IMG/VR virus record: IMGVR_UViG_2889849113_000003
Location: 67,716 to 89,321 of that record
DNA length: 21,606 bases
Reading direction: 5' to 3' (one strand)
Origin: a virus
The translations under genes and the position numbers were made by a program. Below the pieces are notes generated by a model. The model had not been told where the DNA came from and made no database searches. It saw only the letters and a list, made by a program, of their open reading frames with translations. Positions 1 through 6,314 of the stretch are shown here, in pieces; within the stretch, counting starts at the first letter, position 1, and each line of letters begins with the position of its first letter.

Positions 1-2
1 AC

Positions 3-350
3 AACTGCACCGGCAGCTACGTGCAGCCCGACGTTGAAATGGTGATCGAGGTGCCCAGCGGCAACGACTGGCGCAACAACGCCTTCTTCAACTCGGCCAC
101 GCAGAACTGGCAGCACGTCAACCTGCACAACTACAACCACTTCATTGCCTCCGGCGGCACCTGGGGCGAGGCCAACGGCACCAGCGCCACGGGGGGTGAT
201 CCTTTCGTGAGCGCAAGCGGCCTGGACTTCACGCCGGCGTCGAACGTCATCCCGCCGGGCATCGCGCTGGCGGCGCCCTACAACGTGGATATGTTCGGCA
301 ACGTCCGGGACCCGGCGAACTGGACTCGCGGCGCCGTGCAGAAGGTCTGA
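3..350 (+). CDS. C-terminal fragment of an Asn-rich protein, possibly a right-handed beta-helix/pectate-lyase-like protein with a 'choice-of-anchor Q'-like C-terminus (5' truncated by window)
   Basis: Frame is open from base 3 (NCTGSYVQPD...). Asn-rich rungs (WRNNAFFN, HNYNHF) precede GDPFVSASGLDFTPAS...DMFGNVR...WTRGAVQ, which resembles the DPxF...DFxL...DxxGxxR...DIGAYE tail of beta-helix proteins. Stop is followed by TCC ATG of the next gene. Confidence 0.5.
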   Translation, partial: NCTGSYVQPDVEMVIEVPSGNDWRNNAFFNSATQNWQHVNLHNYNHFIASGGTWGEANGTSATGGDPFVSASGLDFTPASNVIPPGIALAAPYNVDMFGNVRDPANWTRGAVQKV

Positions 351-353
351 TCC

Positions 354-1079
354 ATGCCCATCAGCAACATCCGCACCGCCGTCGCGGGCTCGTCGAACAA
401 TGCCTTCGGCGGCGCCATCACCACCGCGGCCATGGCAACCCTGGCCGACGACATCGTGGTGGTCGCCGTGGTGTTCACGGACGCCAATCCGGCCGGCAAC
501 CTGACCATCACGAACAGCGGCACCGCGATGACGTGGACGCTCATCGCCGACGTGGCGGTCAACGGCTTCAACCGTGTCGCCGCATGGTGGGCGCGCTCCG
601 CCGGCGCGGAGAGCCGCACCGCCACCGTGAACTGGGACAGCGGCCAGAACCTGAACTGGGGCCTCTTCACTGCGCTGCATGCGGGCGGCCATGCCTCGGC
701 CCCGGTGCCACTGGACAAGGTCTACAGCGGCTCCGGCTCCACGGGTGTGAGCCAGGCCATCACGCCGACTTCCGCCGGCTCCGCGCTGTGGCTGCTGGCC
801 GCTGACGCGGCGACTTCCGCCGGTACTGTGCCCTCGACGTTCGCCGCCGGCACGAACTGCGCCATCGAGCGCGCCGTTGCCACCGACCAGTGGGATGCGG
901 TGCTGGTCCGCCCTGCCGTGCAGCCGCGGCCGGACACCAGCGCCTTCACGCTGTCAGAGACGCATGCCGGCAACGCCGTGGCGTGGCTCGCCTTCGAGGT
1001 GCAGTCCGCGGCCAGCGGCGGCGGCACGCTGCTGCCGCTGCTGGCCATGCATCACCGCAAGCAGCAGGGCATCTGCTGA
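354..1079 (+). CDS. Hypothetical virion-associated beta-rich protein (241 aa) with Gly linker and short C-terminal peptide
   Basis: TGAtccATG coupling to the upstream gene, high-GC3 codons, Ala/Thr/Ser/Trp-rich beta-strand pattern, ends GGGTLLPLLAMHHRKQQGIC. Confidence 0.7.
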   Translation: MPISNIRTAVAGSSNNAFGGAITTAAMATLADDIVVVAVVFTDANPAGNLTITNSGTAMTWTLIADVAVNGFNRVAAWWARSAGAESRTATVNWDSGQNLNWGLFTALHAGGHASAPVPLDKVYSGSGSTGVSQAITPTSAGSALWLLAADAATSAGTVPSTFAAGTNCAIERAVATDQWDAVLVRPAVQPRPDTSAFTLSETHAGNAVAWLAFEVQSAASGGGTLLPLLAMHHRKQQGIC

Positions 1080-1106
1080 CCCGCGCCACCACGTAAACCC
1101 ATTCCA

Positions 1107-1146
1107 GGCCCGCCGTGCGCGGGCCGCTTCGCATCTGAGGGCCCGC
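1107..1146 (+). promoter_or_regulatory. Intergenic hairpin with an alternative pairing over the RBS of the next gene
   Basis: GGCCCGC (1107-1113) pairs with GCGGGCC (1119-1125). A second GGCCCGC (1140-1146) overlaps the end of the GAGG (1137-1140) upstream of ATG 1151. Confidence 0.4.
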
Positions 1147-1150
1147 AGCC

Positions 1151-1627
1151 ATGACCATCCGCCTCAAGCAGAGCACCGCCGGCCAGATCGTGCCGCTCGG
1201 GCCCTTCATCGCCAGCAGCGACGGCGTCAGCGTCACGAGCCCGACCATTGCCAGCACGGACATCAAGCTCTGGAAGAACGGCAGCACCACGCTCGCGAAC
1301 AAGAACAGCGGCGGCGCCACGGCCATCAGCCAGGGCATCTACCACGCCACGCTCGACGCCACGGACACGAACACCCTGGGTCCGCTGGTGCTGTTCGTGC
1401 AGGTCAGCGGCAGCCTGCCCGTGCGCCTGGAGTGCGAGGTGCTGCCGGCCAACGTGTACGAAGCCCTCGTGAAGGGCACCCAGTTCCTGGAAGTCACCGG
1501 GTTGAAGCCGACCTGGAGCGTGAGCAGCAACGTGCTCACCGTGCGGGCGGTGGACGGCACCACCACGCAGTTCACCAAGGTGCTCGCCACGGACGGCAGC
1601 GCGCAGCCGATCGTGGGCGCGTCCTGA
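1151..1627 (+). CDS. Hypothetical phage structural/adaptor protein (158 aa, Ig-like beta-sandwich likely)
   Basis: GAGG RBS, strong codon bias. MTIRLKQST...GPF...GIYHATLDATDTNTLG pattern resembles small phage virion proteins; C-terminal beta-hairpin segment LTVRAVDGTTTQFT. Confidence 0.75.
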   Translation: MTIRLKQSTAGQIVPLGPFIASSDGVSVTSPTIASTDIKLWKNGSTTLANKNSGGATAISQGIYHATLDATDTNTLGPLVLFVQVSGSLPVRLECEVLPANVYEALVKGTQFLEVTGLKPTWSVSSNVLTVRAVDGTTTQFTKVLATDGSAQPIVGAS

Positions 1628-1653
1628 ACGCAAACCCTCGGACCTGAGCCCAG

Positions 1654-2616
1654 ATGGGAGCAGGATTCCGCTCGCTGCTGGCCCAGGAGGTCGGCGGCGC
1701 AGCGGTGCCGCAGGCGGCGCCTGCCGGCTTTCGCTCGCTGGCGCTGCTCGAAGCGGGCGGCATCGGTGCGGGCAGCGGCCCGCGCACGGCCTCGGCCACG
1801 CTTGGTGCCTACGTCTTCACCACTGGCGGCGCCGGCTACCGCTCGCTGCTGGCCATGGAGCTCGGCGGCGCCGGCTCCGGCCAGCCCGCAGTGCGGCCGT
1901 TCGACTACGGGTTGCCTGCGGCCTGGGCCGCCGACATAGGCTGGGCGGGCACGTATGCGTGGCACCAGCTCGGCACCACGGTGGTGGCGCGCTCGGTCGC
2001 GGTCAACACCGCAGCCGCCGCGCTCTCCGGCGCCGTGGCCGTGCCGGCGACGGCCGCGGCCACGCTCGACGGCTTCGTGCTCGCCAGCGGCAGCGCGGGG
2101 GCGCAGTTGTCCGCTGCGGTGCAGTCGTCGCCCGCCGCCGCCGCAGCGTTCGATGCCGGCGTGCAGGCGGAGCGCAGCAGCGCGGCCTCGCTGTCGGCGG
2201 TGGTTGCTGCGCAGCAGCTGCTCAGCGGTGCGCTGCAGGCCGCCGTGCAGGACTCGCCGGCCCTGGCTTCTGCACTCTCGGCCGTCGTGCAGGGTGCAGG
2301 AGGGTCACTTTCCGCGCAGGTGCAGGCCGCGGTGCAGGTCGAGGGTTCCGCCTCCGCAGCGCTCTCAGCCTTCGTCGGCGGTACGCCGGAAGTCTCAGCG
2401 CCGCTGTCGGCCGTCATCGTCCTGCCGCGCGAGCGCGCGCTGGCGCTGTCGGCCATCGTCTTCATGCGCCCTAGCCTCTCGCTGGGGATGGATGCGCTGG
2501 TCACCGATCCGGTGCCCGTCGTGATCGTCCAGGCCCCGGAGGGCGGCGGCTACGACCCGGACGTGGTTGAACCCGGCCAGCCGTGGCCCGAAGTGCCGCA
2601 GCGGCCGTCGCACTGA
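1654..2616 (+). CDS. Hypothetical repeat protein (320 aa): three N-terminal AG(F/Y)RSLxxxExGG motifs, twelve ~14-aa Ala/Ser-rich repeats, Pro-rich C-terminus; putative fibre/stalk scaffold
   Basis: Repeats are visible in the translation; the ORF fits between its neighbours without overlap. Confidence 0.75.
   Translation: MGAGFRSLLAQEVGGAAVPQAAPAGFRSLALLEAGGIGAGSGPRTASATLGAYVFTTGGAGYRSLLAMELGGAGSGQPAVRPFDYGLPAAWAADIGWAGTYAWHQLGTTVVARSVAVNTAAAALSGAVAVPATAAATLDGFVLASGSAGAQLSAAVQSSPAAAAAFDAGVQAERSSAASLSAVVAAQQLLSGALQAAVQDSPALASALSAVVQGAGGSLSAQVQAAVQVEGSASAALSAFVGGTPEVSAPLSAVIVLPRERALALSAIVFMRPSLSLGMDALVTDPVPVVIVQAPEGGGYDPDVVEPGQPWPEVPQRPSH
2008..2511 (+). repeat. Twelve tandem ~14-aa protein repeats (consensus xxxAxLSAxVxxxx)
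   Basis: TAAAALSGAVAVPA / TAAATLDGFVLASG / SAGAQLSAAVQSSP / AAAAAFDAGVQAER / SSAASLSAVVAAQQ / LLSGALQAAVQDSP / ALASALSAVVQGAGG / SLSAQVQAAVQVEG / SASAALSAFVGGTP / EVSAPLSAVIVLPR / ERALALSAIVFMRP / SLSLGMDALVTDP. Confidence 0.8.
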
Positions 2617-2661
2617 AACGCAATCGCCCGAAACCGCAACCGCCCAAGGAAACACCGCCTC

Positions 2662-4524
2662 ATGCAAACAGCCGACCTCGTCAAGGAGACCGCTACCGGC
2701 ACCGGGCCCTTCACGCTCGGTGGCGCCGCCCAGGGCTTCCGCACCTTCGCCGCCGCGTTCCCGAGCGGCGCCACTGGCGTCATGGTGGCCGTCTCCGAGC
2801 CGAGCACGGGCGCGCGCCTGACCGGCCTGGCCACGATCAGCGACAACACGCTGACGATCACCAGCACCGAGACGGCTGTGGGCACGTTCGGCGCCGGGGC
2901 GAAGGAGGTGGTGTGTACGGCCACGGCGAAGCAGCTGCGGCGCCTCGCCCGACCCAGCGCACCCACGCTCGGCAGCATTGCTGACGGCAACGCGATCAAG
3001 CTGGCGGCGTTCGACACCAACGGTGACCCGCTGAACTTCACCGCCGGCACGTTTCTGGCATGGTTGCTCACGCAGTCGCAAGGTCCTGGCGATCTTGCCG
3101 CCGCTGGCGCGCTTGCCGGCACGGACATCGTGACCGTGACGCAGGGCACGACCGAAGTCAAAACTACGCTCTCGGCGCTATCAACGTTCTTCGGCGCCGC
3201 TGGCGGCGGCACGTCAACGCCTCCCGGCGCACCAACAGGCCTGACGCTCGGCACTGCCACCACCAGCAGTCAGCCGCTGACGTGGACCGCCCCCAGCAGC
3301 ACTGGCACGAGCGCAATCACCGACTACACGGTGCAGTACGCCGTCGCCGGCAGCGGCTCCTGGCAGACGTTCGCGCACAGCGCTTCGACGGCCACCAGCA
3401 TCACGGTCACCGGCCTGTCGGCGGGCACCAGCTACGACTACCGCGTTGCCGCCGTGAGCGCCGCCGGCTCTGGCTCCTACAGCAGCACCGCGACCGGCTC
3501 CACCGCTGCCGCTACCGGAACGCCGGCAGGCGCCCCGACCGCGCTCACGCTGGGCACGGCCACGACGACGACGCAGCCGCTGTCGTGGACCGCTGGCACG
3601 GAGGGCAGCACAGCAACGACCGACTACATCGTGCAGTACCGGGTGACTGGCTCGGGCTCATGGCTCACCTTCTCGGACGGCACGAGCACGGCGACCAGCG
3701 CGACCGTCACCGGCCTGACGCCGGGTGTGTCCTATGACTATCAGGTGGCTGCGGTCAACGGCGCTGGCTCCAGTGCCTACAGCACCTCGGTTACCGGCTC
3801 GACGGCAGCAGCCGCGCCCGGCCAGGTCACGGGCCTGACGCTGGGCACTGCGACCGAAACGACGCAGCCGCTCACCTGGACCGCACCGACCGCCAACGGC
3901 TCGGCAATCACCGACTACGTGATCCAGTACCGCGTTACCGGCTCCGGGTCGTGGACGACGTTTGCTGACGGCACCTCGACCACCACGAGCGCGACCGTCA
4001 CGGGGCTGACCGCGAGCACAAGCTACGACTACCAAGTTGCAGCCGTCAACGGTGTCGGCACCGGCGCGAACAGCAACACCGCGACCGGCTCGACCGGAGC
4101 GGCGGTGACGGCCTACACCATCACCGGCCACAGCGGCACCGCCGTCAAGAGCACGTTCGACGCCTCTGGGCTCAGCACCGGCTCAAACGGCAAGAAGGTC
4201 ATCGCCCCTTCCAGCCAGTTCACGCTGAACGTCTATTGGGCTATCAGCCCGGCGCCGGCATCGGATGGGGTCGCAACGACCGGCGCCTATTCCGGTTGGG
4301 TACCCAGCGGCACGACGCCGACCACATCCGACAGGGCGGCGACGCAGAACCTGTCGTCTGGACTGAATGCCATTGTTCCGATGGTGAAGCCCTCGACGGT
4401 CTGGGGCAACAACAGCAACCTCTACATCACTCCCGGATCGGGCACGACGACCTGGGACTTCATCGTGTGGCCGGCCGGCGGCACGCCGCAGGTCAAGGGC
4501 ACGCTCACGGTCACGGGCGGCTGA
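2662..4524 (+). CDS. Fibronectin type III domain-containing virion protein (620 aa; N-terminal 'DxVKET..GTG' domain, 3 x FN3, C-terminal beta domain)
   Basis: AAGGA RBS at 2646-2650. Three FN3 patterns (PxAPTGL...LTWTAP...ITDYxVQY...VTGLxxGTSYDYxVAAVNxxGxG). Confidence 0.85.
   Translation: MQTADLVKETATGTGPFTLGGAAQGFRTFAAAFPSGATGVMVAVSEPSTGARLTGLATISDNTLTITSTETAVGTFGAGAKEVVCTATAKQLRRLARPSAPTLGSIADGNAIKLAAFDTNGDPLNFTAGTFLAWLLTQSQGPGDLAAAGALAGTDIVTVTQGTTEVKTTLSALSTFFGAAGGGTSTPPGAPTGLTLGTATTSSQPLTWTAPSSTGTSAITDYTVQYAVAGSGSWQTFAHSASTATSITVTGLSAGTSYDYRVAAVSAAGSGSYSSTATGSTAAATGTPAGAPTALTLGTATTTTQPLSWTAGTEGSTATTDYIVQYRVTGSGSWLTFSDGTSTATSATVTGLTPGVSYDYQVAAVNGAGSSAYSTSVTGSTAAAAPGQVTGLTLGTATETTQPLTWTAPTANGSAITDYVIQYRVTGSGSWTTFADGTSTTTSATVTGLTASTSYDYQVAAVNGVGTGANSNTATGSTGAAVTAYTITGHSGTAVKSTFDASGLSTGSNGKKVIAPSSQFTLNVYWAISPAPASDGVATTGAYSGWVPSGTTPTTSDRAATQNLSSGLNAIVPMVKPSTVWGNNSNLYITPGSGTTTWDFIVWPAGGTPQVKGTLTVTGG
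3220..4100 (+). repeat. Three tandem FN3-coding repeats (~291-300 bp)
   Basis: ACCGACTAC(TDY)...CAGTAC anchors at 3319, 3619 and 3910; the similarity is also clear at DNA level. Confidence 0.9.
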
Positions 4525-4527
4525 TCC

Positions 4528-5838
4528 ATGGCACTCCGCAAAACAGGCCCAGCCCTGCGCAAGCGCGGCGCCCTGCTTGGCTCCATCATCAGCAGCACGG
4601 GCAGCGGTGCCGCCACGCCGCCGCCCGTGACTCCAGGCACGGATTTCGGCATCGGACTGATCGGCCAGTCGGAAATGGCGAACTGGCCCAGCACGCCACT
4701 GGTCAGCCCTCTAGCCGACTCCCGACTGACCCACTTTCTACGCAACAGCAACACGCGGGTTCGGTTCGGCAACTACAACGACAACGGGGCACCAGGCACG
4801 CCGTCCCCGTACACCGGGGTGCCCGGCACAACGACGACACAGCCCAGCTACCGTGGCGATGCTCCGGTCTACCTGGGCAATGCAATCGCCGCTGCGCTCG
4901 GCGTCAATGTGTGCCTGATCGAGCGCGCAGTGGGCGCATCGAGCATCAACTCTTGGGTTGGCGCGGGGGCCAACTGGGCAACGTTTGCGGCCGCAGTGCA
5001 GGCGTCCGGCGTGCCGCTGAAAATGGTCATCTGGTATCAAGGCCCCACCGATGCAGCCGACATGTCGGCGACGACGTACAGAGAAAAACTCGCGCAGGTG
5101 CATGCGCAGTGCTTGGCGCTACCCGGCGTTGATGCTGCGACGTTCAAATTCGGCGTGATTTCCACGGGGCCCGGGAAGTTCAGCGGCTCGCTCGAAGGCG
5201 ACTTCGGCAAGCTGCGGCTCGCGCAGGTGGACTATGCGACCAACACGCCCGGCGCGTTCCTGGCATGCAACGCTTACGACGCTTCCACGGGGGCGAATGA
5301 CAGCGTTCATCCCACGGGCGAGAGCTACAACCGGCACGGCCGGCGCGTGGCGAAGTCGGCGCTCGCGGCGCTGGGCATCGCAAACACCGGGCGCGGTGGC
5401 AGTGGCGCAGGCCCGCGCATCACGGGCGCCACGCGCAGCGGCGCAGTCATCACCGTGACCGTCGCGCACGCGGGCGGCAATGCGCTGCAGGACGGCGCGG
5501 GCGGCACCGGGGCGAGCCTGAGCGGGTTCCGGGTGTTCGACAACGGAGCGACGGCAACGATCAGCGCGACGGCCATCACCAGCCCTACGACGATCACGCT
5601 GACGCTTGCCAGCGCGCCTGCCGGCACGGTGACGCTCACGCATGCCGTCACGGATGCGCCGTGTGACCCGGTGTGGGGCACCGATGCCAACCCGGCAGGC
5701 AAGCGCGCGGGCGCCATCGCGTTCACGGCGGCCAACTGCGTCTATGACAACGACGGGTACTCGGTGGGCACGGGCACGGCGAGCACGACGCTCGGCAGCC
5801 CGCTGCAGCCGTGGTCTGGCACAGTGACGGGGAGCTGA
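4528..5838 (+). CDS. SGNH-hydrolase of the sialate O-acetylesterase (SASA/CE6-like) type with C-terminal Ig-like domain (436 aa)
   Basis: Block I GQSEM (4663-4677; canonical GQSNM), block II GASSINSW, block III VIWYQGPTD (5026-5052; canonical WYQGESD), block V DSVH (5299-5310). TGAtccATG coupling. Confidence 0.75.
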   Translation: MALRKTGPALRKRGALLGSIISSTGSGAATPPPVTPGTDFGIGLIGQSEMANWPSTPLVSPLADSRLTHFLRNSNTRVRFGNYNDNGAPGTPSPYTGVPGTTTTQPSYRGDAPVYLGNAIAAALGVNVCLIERAVGASSINSWVGAGANWATFAAAVQASGVPLKMVIWYQGPTDAADMSATTYREKLAQVHAQCLALPGVDAATFKFGVISTGPGKFSGSLEGDFGKLRLAQVDYATNTPGAFLACNAYDASTGANDSVHPTGESYNRHGRRVAKSALAALGIANTGRGGSGAGPRITGATRSGAVITVTVAHAGGNALQDGAGGTGASLSGFRVFDNGATATISATAITSPTTITLTLASAPAGTVTLTHAVTDAPCDPVWGTDANPAGKRAGAIAFTAANCVYDNDGYSVGTGTASTTLGSPLQPWSGTVTGS

Positions 5839-5839
5839 C

Positions 5840-6283
5840 ATGCTGGGAGTCGGTTCCCTTGCGCAGTATCCGCTCGGCGCTGAGGCGCTTGCGACCACGC
5901 AGTCCGCTGTCGCCGCGGTCTCGGCCGCAGTCAGCGTCGCCGGTGTGCAGTCCGCCATCCTTTCCGGTTACGTTGGGTCTGCCAGCAGCGTGATGCCCAA
6001 GCGCGTGCGCCTAATCTTGCGTACGCTTGGTGGCCAGCCGGCTGCCAATCTCGCCGGCCTATCGGTGGCCTTCTTCGATCAGCCGGAAGTGATTCTGCTG
6101 CAAGCGCCGAGCGTCGTCGTCACCGGGGTGGCCACTGACGCAGGCGGCATGCTTGACATTGATGTTGGCGCCAGCACCCTGAGCCCGGGTGAAATTGGCT
6201 ACTTGGTCGAAGGCAATGCAAGCGGCGACCCCTCGCAGGATCACTCCGGCTGGCACGGTCCGGTGACGGTGGAGGCGGCCTGA
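5840..6283 (+). CDS. Hypothetical virion protein (147 aa): N-terminal MLGxxxLAxxPLG peptide, two LSAxV-type repeats, small prealbumin/Ig-like domain
   Basis: TGAcATG coupling. GQPAANL...VATDAGG..I pattern resembles carboxypeptidase-regulatory/prealbumin-like folds. Confidence 0.65.
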   Translation: MLGVGSLAQYPLGAEALATTQSAVAAVSAAVSVAGVQSAILSGYVGSASSVMPKRVRLILRTLGGQPAANLAGLSVAFFDQPEVILLQAPSVVVTGVATDAGGMLDIDVGASTLSPGEIGYLVEGNASGDPSQDHSGWHGPVTVEAA

Positions 6284-6314
6284 CCATGGTTGCGGAGTTT
6301 GCCGGAGCGCAGTT

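Noticed and set aside
4528-4620. Possible Tat signal (RKRGALLG) on the esterase
   Set aside because: No twin-arginine S/T-R-R-x-F-L consensus, and the hydrophobic stretch is too short and polar.
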